Below are positions 20,011 through 29,842 of a DNA stretch of 64,000 nucleotides, one piece after another; position 1 is the first letter of the stretch; every line of letters starts with the position of its first letter. A program made the translations under genes and the position numbers. Below the pieces are notes generated by a model. The model did not search any database and was not told the DNA's origin. It saw nothing but the letters and a program-made list of their open reading frames with translations. Source of the DNA: Armatimonadota bacterium (GTDB taxonomy: Bacteria; Armatimonadota; Zipacnadia; Zipacnadales; UBA5352); the NCBI GenBank assembly GCA_034722055.1, contig JAYENL010000038.1, positions 23,677 through 87,676 on the forward strand, written 5' to 3'.

Positions 20011-21987
20011 TCAGGGGAAGACGCGGTGGCCGACCTTGCCGAGGATGGCGTCGATGATCAGCCACAGGCCGGCGGTGGTGTACTCCCCGAGGACCAAGCC
20101 CAGGAAGGGCACCTGGAGAGTGCGGTAGAGGTGGACGGAGCCGTAACGGGTCACCGTGGCCTTGGCGACCCAGCCGATGAAGAACGGGAACCACATGCGC
20201 GAGGCCTCGAAGCCGGTGCCCACGACGTAGGCGATAGGATGCAGCGGGAACCACAGGAAGAGCTGGCGGGCGCGGATAAGCACCGCGCAGATGCCGGCGC
20301 CCGCAGCCAGGGCTATGAGGCGGGCCGGCTCCACCCCGGTGGCGTTGATGATCATGCTCTTGAGGCGCTCGGCATTGCCCCGGGGCCCGCTGATGAAGAA
20401 CCACGGGTGCATGGCCAGCGCGCCCTTGGAGTAGGCGACCTCCAGGGAGGCCCAGTAGGAGATGAGGACCGCGGCGCCGACCGCCGCCGCCAGCGCGTGG
20501 TACATGTGCCTGCGGTTGATTCGAGCCTCGTCGGCGATCTTCAGGCCGTGGAGGATCTGCGGCATGAGGAAGCTCTTGAGGTCGTACATGAAGACGTACT
20601 CGGTGAAGTTGAGGATGGTCAGGTCCGCGGCCGCGAAGTGAGCCGAGCCGGCGAGGCCCGTGAGCAGCACGCTGGGGCGCATCTGGACGGCCTTGGCGAA
20701 AAGAATCCCGCTCTCCACCACCAGCCGGGCCATGCCCCAGCAGATGACGAGGAAGATGACGTAGGTGAGTGCGGCGACCAGGACCGACATCCCGGCCATG
20801 TTCAGCCACGCCACGACGATGCCGCCGGCGACGATCAGGCCCCAGAAGGCGACGATCGGCGTCATGGCCTCCGCCCGCTGGTCACCCGACAGGCCGCGAT
20901 GGCGGACGAAGGCCTCCCACATCTCGCTCAGATGGCCGCGGGCCACCCACAGCCCGTAGACCACGTACATCAGGAAGGCGCCCTGGTACTGGTTCTCCTC
21001 CACCCTGGCGAGCATGGGGCGGCGCCCGACGGCGTCGAAGAGGACGTGCTGGAGGCGCCCCAGCCACCAGAACACCCACAGCGACAGCGAGATCTCGGTG
21101 GTCAGAAAGAACGCGAAGCCGATCACAGAGAAGTGCACGTAGATGGGCGATTGCAGGTAGCGCCAGGGGCGGCCGGTCACGCCCGAGAGGAAGCTGATGC
21201 CCTGGAGCTTGAAAAGCGGAATGCCGGGGAGATAGGCGTGGAGGGCGTTGAGGTTGTGGACCAGGAAGGGGATCGCGAAGCCTATCCACAGCAGCGTGTT
21301 GCGGAAGAACGGGACCGCCGAGATGTCGTGCCGCTGGGGCATGATCATCTCCAGCGGAAGCTGCACCAGCGGGAAGATGAGGTTCTCGCGGGCCACCCAC
21401 TGCCTCCGCACGATGGCGCCCAGGCAGAACATGGCCAGGTAGAGGCCGAAGGTCAGGATGCTCCAGGCCACCAGGGGCATGGCCCACTGCCCCCAGGGGA
21501 TGTCCATGCCGGGCGGGGCGCCATCGTAGAACCACCGCACCGCAGTGCTGTCGGCTCCGGGAGCCATCCAGGGAGGCAGGTGCTGGAAGAAGGTCTCCTC
21601 CCACTGGTTTTCGACGGAGGCCATGTAGAATGGGGCGGTGGTGACCGGGAACAGATACAGCGCCAGGCCGAAGGTGGGGATGCCCGCCGCCACCAGCATC
21701 ATGGCCGTGACGATGAGATTGTCCTGCTGCGTGAGAGCCCAGCGATGGGTGATGCGCGCGCTCACCCAGCTCACCGGGAGGACCACCACGACGAGCAGAA
21801 AGATCGGCCCGACCGGGAAGTGACAGCCGCCCAGCTCTGAGGCGTGCATGAAGCCGGTGGTGTAGGGGATAGCGGCGCAGAGGATCGCCACGCACACGAG
21901 GCCCAGCACAAGGGCGCGCGCCGTCAGTGGGGCGCTCCTGGCGGCTGCATTATCCCCGGTCGTCGGCGCGATCTGCTGGGCGGACAA
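20011..21987 (-). CDS. DUF6785/DUF6784 family polytopic membrane protein (putative OPT-like transporter)
   Basis: TTG start after AGGAGG; many TM segments; RRQWVARENLIFPLVQLPLEM, WFPLHPIAY, PFLGLVLGE. Confidence 0.7.
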   Translation of the reverse strand: MSAQQIAPTTGDNAAARSAPLTARALVLGLVCVAILCAAIPYTTGFMHASELGGCHFPVGPIFLLVVVVLPVSWVSARITHRWALTQQDNLIVTAMMLVAAGIPTFGLALYLFPVTTAPFYMASVENQWEETFFQHLPPWMAPGADSTAVRWFYDGAPPGMDIPWGQWAMPLVAWSILTFGLYLAMFCLGAIVRRQWVARENLIFPLVQLPLEMIMPQRHDISAVPFFRNTLLWIGFAIPFLVHNLNALHAYLPGIPLFKLQGISFLSGVTGRPWRYLQSPIYVHFSVIGFAFFLTTEISLSLWVFWWLGRLQHVLFDAVGRRPMLARVEENQYQGAFLMYVVYGLWVARGHLSEMWEAFVRHRGLSGDQRAEAMTPIVAFWGLIVAGGIVVAWLNMAGMSVLVAALTYVIFLVICWGMARLVVESGILFAKAVQMRPSVLLTGLAGSAHFAAADLTILNFTEYVFMYDLKSFLMPQILHGLKIADEARINRRHMYHALAAAVGAAVLISYWASLEVAYSKGALAMHPWFFISGPRGNAERLKSMIINATGVEPARLIALAAGAGICAVLIRARQLFLWFPLHPIAYVVGTGFEASRMWFPFFIGWVAKATVTRYGSVHLYRTLQVPFLGLVLGEYTTAGLWLIIDAILGKVGHRVFP

Positions 21988-22006
21988 CCCGAGGGCCTCC
22001 TCCTAG

Positions 22007-22056
22007 CAGCTATCAGCTTTCAGCTATCAGCTATCAGCTACAACCAACGGCAACGG
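22007..22056. repeat. Heptamer tandem array (CAGCTAT)x5 followed by CAACGG repeats
   Basis: cagctat cagcttt cagctat cagctat cagctac aaccaacggcaacgg. Confidence 0.85.
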
Positions 22057-22115
22057 TGCACCGCGTAGTCTGGGCTCGCAGGTTCGTCGACCCCGCCTGC
22101 CGCTCGCACGCATGT

Positions 22116-22375
22116 CGTACGGATCCGCGGGCTGCTTTGCCCGCCCGCGTCGTTCGGCGACGCCTCGGTCGCGGCGTGTCGTGCCCCTCCGTGGCACGCA
22201 CACTCCTGTGCGTGCGCCGTACAGGCGACACACAACGGCGGACGGACAGGAGTGTCCGTCCCACCGAAAGGTCTGTCTTCCTACGTGCGCCGCAGCGGCG
22301 ACGCAGAAGCGCAGACAGACATGCTCCCGCTCCCTCGCCGTACGGAGGGCGGGCTGCTTTGCCTGCCCGCGTCGT
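22116..22375. repeat. Cluster of REP-like palindromes
   Basis: Inverted pair GTGGCACGCACACTCCTGTGCGTGC (22191-22215) and GACGGACAGGAGTGTCCGTCCCAC (22241-22264). Direct repeat CGTACGGA..GCGGGCTGCTTTGCC(C/T)GCCCGCGTCGT at 22116-22153 and 22339-22375. Confidence 0.65.
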
Positions 22376-22579
22376 CTACGGCGCAGAACGGCGGGAGGCC
22401 AGCAATTCCCCGCCAGGCGCGCTCTCACCTTCCACGCCGGCGAAGGCCCGCGCCGTGGGGCTCGCCCTTGATACTGCGCGCGTGGGCCTCGGGCAGGGAC
22501 AGCGGACCGGCCGAAGAAGGGACTCCTGCAGCGCTGTCCGACGCGCGTATCCACTGCCGCCGGCCAGGAGGAAGAGACC

Positions 22580-25438
22580 ATGAAGCGCCTGTGCCTGGTG
22601 CTGGTCCTCGCCGCCGCTGCCGTCACGTGCGCAACCGCGGAGCCGCCGCCGTCGCTTCGCACCATCATCCCCACGCCTCAGGATATCGAGGCCGGAGAGG
22701 GGACGTTCACCCTGGTGGACGATGGCGAGGCCGTCGCGAGTCTCGTCCTCCCCGCCGAGCCGCCCGCGAAGGTCCGACTGGCCGCCGAGCACCTCAGCCG
22801 GAGGATCGAGGAGATGGCGGGTGTCGCCCTTCCGGTGGTCTCCCAGGCCCACGCCCCGGAGGGCCCCGCGCTGTGGCTCGGTGAGGCCGGCCGGCGGCTG
22901 GTGCAGCCGGCCTGGAACGAGGAGCTGACGCCGGCGCAGGCGGAGCAGGAATACGCCATCGTGCCGCTGCCGGACGGTCGCGGATACGCGCTGGTCGGCC
23001 GCCAGCCGCTCGGCACCCTCTACGCCACGATGACGGTGCTCGGCGCGGTGAAGGCTGAGGACGGCCGCGCCTGGATGCCCAACTTCACCTGCCACGACTG
23101 GCCCGACATCCCGTATCGCTGGGTGGGGGGCTTTCCCAGCTTCGACAGCGTCGAGGACCGCATCGAGTGGTGCATGGAGCACAAGATCAACGTCATCAAC
23201 TCACCCGGCTTCTACCGCCGCACCATGGATGACGCCGAGACGCAGCTCGCGCAGAACCGCTTCGCACGCGAGCACGGTGTGCGCTCGCTCAACCTGCTCT
23301 TCGGCAACCTGGGGCTGCTCAACCGCCGCGGCTATCCGGACGGCGAGACCTACGAGTGCCTCGATGAGGGCGCGCCCAGCACCCGCGGCTGGTGCGTGAC
23401 GAACCAGGAGATGCTGGCCCAGAAGCAGCGGATCCTGCGGGAGTTCGTCGAGGCCACCGAGCCGGGCGTGCTCTACATCCACTTCGTGGACGAGGATGAC
23501 ATCGGCGACGCCGCCGAGATCTGGCTCAACCGCTGCGACGACTGCCGCGAGGCCTACCCCAATGACCTCGTCGAGGCCGAGGACGGCAAGGCCGGCGCGC
23601 AGGCCCGGGTCTTCGACCTCATGTGTGAGGCCATCTTCTCGGTCAGCGACCCCGAGTCCGGCTACGACGCCTCGCGCGACTGCCTGATCATCTTCGTCAG
23701 CGCGCCCTACACGCTGTGGAGCGAGGATGACGCCGCCTGGGACCGGGAGCTGCAGTATCACTGCACGGTCAGCCGGCTCATGGAGCATGTGGACAATGTG
23801 CACTTCTGCATCCGGGAGAACGGCCTGCGCCGCGACAACGACCGCAAGCGGTGTCTGGAGCTGGCCGAGGCCCTCCGGGAGCGGGGCAACGGCCACCGGG
23901 TGATGATGTACTTCCGGGGTGGCGACTCCCGCGACACCACCATCGGCTGGCCCCGGCCGATGCGGGTGGCGTGGCCGATGCTGGCGGCTCCGGCGATGAC
24001 CGCCTCCTTTGAGGGAGCGGGCTCGATCCTGCAGGCGGGCAGCGCCCCCGGCCTGCTGGAGAACGAGTACTCCTGGAACCTCCGCGGCGACGGCTTCTAC
24101 TACGATCCCGCCACGCAGGAGGAGTGGCGAGAGACCTACGTGGGGCTGGTCGGCGGCTCGCTGCGGCCGGAGGAGATCTTCGGCGACGAGGGCTTCCTGG
24201 GCCGGATGCTGGCGGACATCTACGGCCCCACTGCCGCCTCGCACCTTGGCGTGCTGTATCGGCCGCAGCCGGTCGAGCAGGCTCAGGGCGCAGTTCTGCC
24301 CCCTGCCTCCTGGAGCGGGTGGCTGGTGCTGGCGCGTCAGCCATGGTTCGGCACCATGAGCCCCGACCGCCTGCGGCAGTTCCGCACGCTCTTCGAGGCC
24401 TGGCGAGGGGTCAACGAGGAGGCTATCTCAGCGGTGCAGGCGGCCCTGGAGGCGCCCGAGCTGGGCGAGCGCCATCGACAGGCGCTGGAGAGGAGACTGT
24501 CGGGTCTGCAGGTCGGCGCGGCACTGCAGGACGCGGCGGCGCACGCGTCGGAGGCCTGGGCGCTGGTGATGGAGGGCGATGAGGAGCCGGCCGAGGCCGA
24601 GATGCAGGCGGCGCGAGACGATTGCGCGCAGGCGCGGGAGCTGGCGGCCGGGCTGGAGGAGCAGGCGGCGGAGGTCGAGGCACAGCAGGAGGCGATGGAG
24701 GGCCACTACCGTGCGCTGCTGCGCAACTCCGAGCAGATTCGGGAGGCCTGGCGGCGCCTGGAGCAGACCCGGGCGACGGCGGCCGAGGATCGTGCGGCGC
24801 TGCAGGAGGAACTTGCGCAGGATTCGGCTGCCGATCCAGCGCGGCTTCAGGGCAAGAGCGTGGTCCTTTTCGGCGGTGGCGCGACGAGCCCGATGGTGGA
24901 GCTGCTGGAGGCGCACGGGGCGGAGGTCGTCCCGATGCCTGCGGCAGCCGATCTTCCCGAGGAGGCCCTCGCCGCCGACCTGATCGTGCTGATGGTGCGG
25001 TCGCTGTCCGAGGGGGCCCTGGCGCAACTGCAGGACTACATCGAGGGCGGCGGGGCCGTGCTGCTGGGCAGCGCGACGCCCTTCTACATGGTCGGCAATG
25101 ACGTGGACCTGGCGAGGATCGCACTATGGCTGGGCGCGGAGCGTTACGGCAACTACGGCGGGGCGGTCGAGACCGCGTTCGACAATGCCATCACTCGCGC
25201 CCTCGAGATCGATGAGTCCATGGAGCCGACCAGGAGCGCCGCATGTCTGGGCCGGCCGCTGGGAGCCGCGCCTCTGCTGACCGCGAAGGGCAATCGGGGC
25301 ATCATCTCGGCGCTGGCCCATCGCTTCGGGGACGGCCGCGTCGGCTACCTGTGGACGCTCAGCCTCGGCGAGGATCTGCAGGTCCCTCGGGCCGAGCTGC
25401 TGCTGCGCATGGCAGCGTGGCTCGTCGGGGAGGAGTAG
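22580..25438 (+). CDS. Secreted protein with GH20/GH67 domain-2-like N-terminus, TIM-barrel-like core, helical region and C-terminal class I GATase/ThuA-like domain
   Basis: AGGAGG RBS; signal peptide. IIPTPQ...GTFTL, QEYAI...LVGRQPLGTLYA...HDWPDIPYR; DYIEGGGAVLL...HRFGDGRV. Confidence 0.6.
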   Translation: MKRLCLVLVLAAAAVTCATAEPPPSLRTIIPTPQDIEAGEGTFTLVDDGEAVASLVLPAEPPAKVRLAAEHLSRRIEEMAGVALPVVSQAHAPEGPALWLGEAGRRLVQPAWNEELTPAQAEQEYAIVPLPDGRGYALVGRQPLGTLYATMTVLGAVKAEDGRAWMPNFTCHDWPDIPYRWVGGFPSFDSVEDRIEWCMEHKINVINSPGFYRRTMDDAETQLAQNRFAREHGVRSLNLLFGNLGLLNRRGYPDGETYECLDEGAPSTRGWCVTNQEMLAQKQRILREFVEATEPGVLYIHFVDEDDIGDAAEIWLNRCDDCREAYPNDLVEAEDGKAGAQARVFDLMCEAIFSVSDPESGYDASRDCLIIFVSAPYTLWSEDDAAWDRELQYHCTVSRLMEHVDNVHFCIRENGLRRDNDRKRCLELAEALRERGNGHRVMMYFRGGDSRDTTIGWPRPMRVAWPMLAAPAMTASFEGAGSILQAGSAPGLLENEYSWNLRGDGFYYDPATQEEWRETYVGLVGGSLRPEEIFGDEGFLGRMLADIYGPTAASHLGVLYRPQPVEQAQGAVLPPASWSGWLVLARQPWFGTMSPDRLRQFRTLFEAWRGVNEEAISAVQAALEAPELGERHRQALERRLSGLQVGAALQDAAAHASEAWALVMEGDEEPAEAEMQAARDDCAQARELAAGLEEQAAEVEAQQEAMEGHYRALLRNSEQIREAWRRLEQTRATAAEDRAALQEELAQDSAADPARLQGKSVVLFGGGATSPMVELLEAHGAEVVPMPAAADLPEEALAADLIVLMVRSLSEGALAQLQDYIEGGGAVLLGSATPFYMVGNDVDLARIALWLGAERYGNYGGAVETAFDNAITRALEIDESMEPTRSAACLGRPLGAAPLLTAKGNRGIISALAHRFGDGRVGYLWTLSLGEDLQVPRAELLLRMAAWLVGEE

Positions 25439-25471
25439 CCGCCGAGGCTCCCCTCAGTCCGGCAACCGCAG

Positions 25472-25528
25472 GTGCCATTGTCGTTGCCGTTAGACGTGGC
25501 TTGCAGCTTGTAGCTGATAGCTGATAGC
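25472..25528. repeat. Heptamer/ACGGCA composite module, copy A
   Basis: gtgccattgtcgttgccgttagacgtggcttgcagcttgtagctgatagctgatagc; near-direct repeat of 25723-25795. Confidence 0.8.
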
Positions 25529-25722
25529 ACACGTCCGGGCGCGCCGATCGCAGGCGCCGTTGTCGTTGCCGTATGGCGTTGCCGTCGCCATTGTTGCTGC
25601 TCCGCGGACCGTGTTGGGCCGACCTCCTCGGGGTGCTTGACACCCCTCGTCGTGCGGCCCCTCCGCACGACACGGAAGCAACGACGGACAACGGCCTCAA
25701 CGGCGGACGGCGTAGCCACGCC

Positions 25723-25795
25723 GTGCCTTTGTGGTTGCCGTTGGACGTAGCTTGTAGCTTGCAGCTTGCAGCTTGTAGCTGATAGCTGATAGCTG
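25723..25795. repeat. Heptamer/ACGGCA composite module, copy B
   Basis: gtgcctttgtggttgccgttggacgtagcttgtagcttgcagcttgcagcttgtagctgatagctgatagctg. Confidence 0.8.
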
Positions 25796-25800
25796 CCATC

Positions 25801-26844
25801 TCACCCGTAGACGCCCTCCTCCAGCACCGTCTCCACCATGGCGTCGAGGTGCTCCAGCGGCGCGCCCCGGTGCAGCGAGCAGGAGGCCATGAGGACGTAG
25901 CCCCCATCGCCCATCGCCTGCCGGAGGCACTCGCGCGTGACCTCCCGGACGCGCTCCGGGGGCCCGGGCAGCAGCACCTCCGGGATATCGGGCCCGCCCA
26001 GGATGCAGATGCGGTCGCCCCACCGCTCCCTGGCCACCGCGAGGTCGCAGTCCTCCCCGAACTGGAAGCCGGCGATGCCGCAGTCGATGGCCGCGTCAAC
26101 CAGCTCGTGGAAGCGGCGGTCGGTGAAACGCCCGTGTGGATGAAAGACCACCGGCGCCTGGCCCGCTGCCTCCACAATCCGCTGCAGGCCGGGGATGGTC
26201 AGCTCCAGGTAGTCACGCGGCGAGATGACGGCGGGGCCGTCGGAGGCGGCGGCGATGAAGATGAGGTCCGCGCCCGCCTCCAGCAGCCTGGGCACGTGGA
26301 CGAGGGCGATCTGCGTCGAGAGCTCCACGAGCCGCTCCGCCATCTCGCGGTCGGTGGCCAGGTCCATGGCCAGGCGCTCCAGCCCCCGCAGCAGGCCCGC
26401 GCGCGTGACCGGCCCCTCAATCTTGGCGGCCACCGCGGCCTTGTCGCCGAGCTGCTGCCGCACGAGTCGGTAGGCCTCCTCGACCTCCGGCCAGCGGCCG
26501 CACTCGTCCGGTTCCAACGGCTCCGCCGCGGCCGCGGCGTCATCCTCAGCCAGCGGGTGCTCGGCTATGTAGGGGATGCCTCGCTCGGGGAACTCCACGC
26601 GGCCGCCGAGCGGCTCGACGTCCAGCCCCAGATCGTGGATGCAGCCCACCACCGCGTCCTGGTGGAAGCGCGCTTGGCTGGCGAGCACGGCCTGGGCGGC
26701 CCTCGCCGCGTCATAGCCGGCGCTGACCTCCGGGGTGCTGAAGTCGCACAGGTCGAGGCCCAGCGTCAGGTCGCGCAGGAAGATGGGCACCCGATCCGGC
26801 CTCTGCCCCCGCAGCGCCGCCAGCATCCGCTCTCTGCCCTGCAT
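25801..26844 (-). CDS. Uroporphyrinogen decarboxylase / MtaA-CmuA methyltransferase superfamily protein
   Basis: RERMLAALRGQRPDRVP, IEGPVT.AGLLRG, LLEAGAD, ISPRDY, GPPERVRE, GYVLMASCSL. Confidence 0.8.
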   Translation of the reverse strand: MQGRERMLAALRGQRPDRVPIFLRDLTLGLDLCDFSTPEVSAGYDAARAAQAVLASQARFHQDAVVGCIHDLGLDVEPLGGRVEFPERGIPYIAEHPLAEDDAAAAAEPLEPDECGRWPEVEEAYRLVRQQLGDKAAVAAKIEGPVTRAGLLRGLERLAMDLATDREMAERLVELSTQIALVHVPRLLEAGADLIFIAAASDGPAVISPRDYLELTIPGLQRIVEAAGQAPVVFHPHGRFTDRRFHELVDAAIDCGIAGFQFGEDCDLAVARERWGDRICILGGPDIPEVLLPGPPERVREVTRECLRQAMGDGGYVLMASCSLHRGAPLEHLDAMVETVLEEGVYG

Positions 26845-26864
26845 CGCGGTCGCTCCGCCCGTCG

Positions 26865-28025
26865 CTACTTGAAGATGTGATCGTACTGCAGGAGCACGGT
26901 GTCGTTATCCACCTCGCCCACGGCCTCGTCGCGGTGCACGTACTGCAGGCGCACCTGTCGCGCGCAGCCCTCGATGTGGTAGTTCGCGCCCAGGGTCAGC
27001 CATCTGGCCTCCAGGCGAGGCGCCGCGGCGCCTGGATCGAACTCCTCCCATCCCCCCACGAGCTCGAGCTTGTCCTCAGCGCCGCTGCACGGGACGAACC
27101 GGCTGAGCTGGGCGTAGCAGCCGCTGGCGGTGACGCCCCGGTGGCCGGAGGCGCTGATGCCCTTCTCATTGTAGCCGGCCCAGACTGAGGTCGGGCCCTC
27201 GCGCCAGATGGCATCCAGCCCCCACGCCTCCTCGTCCACCTGCCGATCCCGGTAGAGCTCCGCCAGGCCGAGGGGGTCGCCGTTCCTCGAGACGAGCTTG
27301 CGGAAGGTGCTGGTCCTGGTCTCCTTGTTCAGGGCCCAGTTGGCGCCGACGTTCAGGTTCTCGGTGGCGAGCCACTCCAGTCGGGCCACGGAAATGGGGT
27401 CTCCGGTGGCATCCAGCTCGTTCTTTCCGTTGCCCAGGTAGAGGCCAGCGTACCAGCCGACGCAGCCGTCGTCGCTGGTGCCGTGGAGCAGAGCGCCGAT
27501 GTCGCGATTGGGGATGAGCAGGATGCTCGATCGAGGCCGCTCCGCCACAGGCAGCTTCACGTCGCTGGTCATGAACTGGCGGTCGAAGGGCGTCATCATC
27601 TGCCCGACGGTGAGGTTGCCCCAGTCGAGCCCCGACCAGGTGGCGTAGAGGTCATGCCACTCGAACTCGTCGGCGCCCCAGTCGCGTCGGATCTGGGCGA
27701 ACACCAGCAGGTCGTCGGAGGGCTGGTGCGACCACGCCAGGCGCAGGCGCCTGGTGTTGTAGTCGTCATAGCCGGCTCGATCGTCGCGCACCAGCCAGGT
27801 CGGCTGGTCGGGGTCGCTCTGCGTGTGGGAATACCGCGCCTGCACGCGAGCGGTCAGGCCGCCCGGCCTTGGCTCGCCGGGGCGCTCAGTGACGGGGCAC
27901 TTCCAGTAGCTCCCGGGTCTGGGGCACTGGCCCTCGGCTCCGGGAGGCAGGCACATCTCCAGGGCAACGAGTGAGGCGACGGTCACAGCCGGTACGATGA
28001 TGCGGCGCGCCAGGTCCAGTGTCAT
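26865..28025 (-). CDS. OprO/OprP-like (phosphate-selective family) outer-membrane porin
   Basis: Signal peptide; RVQARY, RRLRL, LTVGQM..PF, RDIGA, amphipathic beta-strands, C-terminal LQYDHIFK. Confidence 0.7.
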   Translation of the reverse strand: MTLDLARRIIVPAVTVASLVALEMCLPPGAEGQCPRPGSYWKCPVTERPGEPRPGGLTARVQARYSHTQSDPDQPTWLVRDDRAGYDDYNTRRLRLAWSHQPSDDLLVFAQIRRDWGADEFEWHDLYATWSGLDWGNLTVGQMMTPFDRQFMTSDVKLPVAERPRSSILLIPNRDIGALLHGTSDDGCVGWYAGLYLGNGKNELDATGDPISVARLEWLATENLNVGANWALNKETRTSTFRKLVSRNGDPLGLAELYRDRQVDEEAWGLDAIWREGPTSVWAGYNEKGISASGHRGVTASGCYAQLSRFVPCSGAEDKLELVGGWEEFDPGAAAPRLEARWLTLGANYHIEGCARQVRLQYVHRDEAVGEVDNDTVLLQYDHIFK

Positions 28026-29038
28026 GACGGCTCCTCCTCGGTCAGCAGGTCAGGCAGCGCGAGTTGCGAGTCGATGTCCGGGACCTCGTCGATGCGGCCC
28101 TGGTCCTTGAGGAACTGGGCTGTCATCTCCAGGCTGTCGATGACCGACCGGGTCAGATCGGTGCCGAAGTTGTAGTCCTTCAGCATCTCCCGCTCCCGCG
28201 CGGGTGCGACGCCGGACCTGACCGAGATCAGGTCGGCCGTCTCCTGGGGGTGCTCGTCGATCCACTCGGCAGCGGCCTGGGTGGCGCGCACGACGGCCCT
28301 CGCCGCCTCCGGCTGCTCGGTGGCAAACTCCTCGCGCGCCAGCAGCAGCACCGGATAGGTGTTGTCCAGGCCCTCCAGATTCGCGAACGGCTCGGCGTTG
28401 TCACAGGCCGCCAGCACGTTCTGCGGCCAGGGCGCGCTACCGGCGGCGGCGTCGATCTGTCCGGCGCTCATGGCCTCGGGGAAGTCGCGCGGCGAGAGGG
28501 AGACGAGGGTGATGGAGGCGGGGTCCACTTTGTGCTCTTGCAGATACAGCAGCAGCCCGCCGTGGGTGCTGGACCCATGCTGGACGGCCAGGCGCTTGCC
28601 GGCGAGGTCGGCAGGCCGCTTGATACCGGCGCCCCTGCGAACCACGATCCGGTGTCTGCGCTCACCGTCGCCCAGCCGTGCTAGCAGCAGGACCTTCGGG
28701 GACCGCGACATGCAGATGATGGCCGGCGCGTCGCCCAGCGCCGCCACGTCCGCCTGGCCGGAGACGATGGCCTCCGCGGACTCGATCCCGCCGGTGACCA
28801 CCTGCTTCTCGATCTTCAGCCCCTCCTCGGCGTAAAGGCCCCGCTCGACGGCCACGACCACCGGGGCGTTGGAGGTCTTCTCGCTGTAGGTGAAGCGCGC
28901 CGCCACAGGCTGCTGCGCCTCCTCGACTGCCTCCGGGATCTCGACCGGTGCTGGGGGAGCCTGCTCCCTCCGCGCGCAGCCTGTCAGCACCACACTCGCC
29001 GCCACCGCAGTCGCCAGAAAGCATCGCATTCGCCTCAT
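28022..29038 (-). CDS. SsuA/TauA/NMT1-type ABC substrate-binding lipoprotein
   Basis: Lipobox LTGC; GLYAEEGL, GQADVAALGDAP, DLAGKRLAV..GS, GQIDAA. Confidence 0.85.
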   Translation of the reverse strand: MRRMRCFLATAVAASVVLTGCARREQAPPAPVEIPEAVEEAQQPVAARFTYSEKTSNAPVVVAVERGLYAEEGLKIEKQVVTGGIESAEAIVSGQADVAALGDAPAIICMSRSPKVLLLARLGDGERRHRIVVRRGAGIKRPADLAGKRLAVQHGSSTHGGLLLYLQEHKVDPASITLVSLSPRDFPEAMSAGQIDAAAGSAPWPQNVLAACDNAEPFANLEGLDNTYPVLLLAREEFATEQPEAARAVVRATQAAAEWIDEHPQETADLISVRSGVAPAREREMLKDYNFGTDLTRSVIDSLEMTAQFLKDQGRIDEVPDIDSQLALPDLLTEEEPS

Positions 29039-29059
29039 GCTGCACCTCCTCGCATCATA

Positions 29060-29842
29060 TCAGGCGGAGTCGGCCGCCGGACTGACGTCTTGGACCTCGG
29101 GCAGCTCCCGGAGCAGGCGCATCTCCAGGGAGCGGACGCCGTCGGAGAGGCGCGAGCGGGGCCGCGGCAGCTCGGCGGGGATGTCGTCCAGCACCCGTCC
29201 GGGCCGTTGCGAGAGTACCACGATCCGGTCGCCGAGGTAGGCCGCCTCCGCCACGTTGTGGGTCACGAACAGGATCGTCGTGCCCGTGCGCCGCCAGATG
29301 CCGAGCAGCTCGTCCTGCAGGCGCTCCCGGGTCTGGGCGTCGAGGGCGCCGAAGGGCTCATCCATCAGCAGCACCCTGGGCTGCAGTGCCAGCGCGCGGG
29401 CGATGGCGACGCGCTGCTTCATCCCCCCGCTCAGCTCATGGGGATGGGCGTCCTCGAAGCCCTCCAGGCCCACCATCGCGATGAGCCGCTCGCGTTCGCG
29501 GCGCCGTTCAGCCTCAGGTCGGTGGATCATGCGCATGGGGAAGTCGATGTTGCCGGCCACGCTCAGCCAGGGGAAGAGCGCGGCGTCCTGGAAGACCACC
29601 GCCCGGTCGGGTCCGGGGCTGCGCACCGGCCTGCCGTCGAAGCGAATGCTCCCCGCCGTGGAGGGCATGAAGCCAGCCACCAGGTTCAGCAGCGTGGTCT
29701 TCCCGCAGCCGCTGGGGCCCAGCACGCACACCAGCTCGCCGGCCCGAACCGACAGCGTGACGCCGTCGAGCGCCCTGACAGCGCCATTGTCATTAGCGCC
29801 GGTGTAGGTCATTCCCACGTCCGCCAGCTCGATGAGCGCCAT
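29060..29842 (-). CDS. SsuB/TauB-type ABC ATPase
   Basis: Start moved to ATG 29842, overlapping the permease stop (TGATG). GPSGCGKT, LSGGMKQR, LLMDEPF, FVTH. Confidence 0.9.
   Translation of the reverse strand: MALIELADVGMTYTGANDNGAVRALDGVTLSVRAGELVCVLGPSGCGKTTLLNLVAGFMPSTAGSIRFDGRPVRSPGPDRAVVFQDAALFPWLSVAGNIDFPMRMIHRPEAERRRERERLIAMVGLEGFEDAHPHELSGGMKQRVAIARALALQPRVLLMDEPFGALDAQTRERLQDELLGIWRRTGTTILFVTHNVAEAAYLGDRIVVLSQRPGRVLDDIPAELPRPRSRLSDGVRSLEMRLLRELPEVQDVSPAADSA

Noticed and set aside
22027..22674. Intergenic ORFs at 21927-22674 and 25345-25782 (AISYQL-type peptides)
   Set aside because: Translations of repeat DNA, Arg/Ala-rich, with no RBS or domain evidence.
25801..26844. hemE
   Set aside because: Lacks the RQAGR signature and any heme-pathway context.
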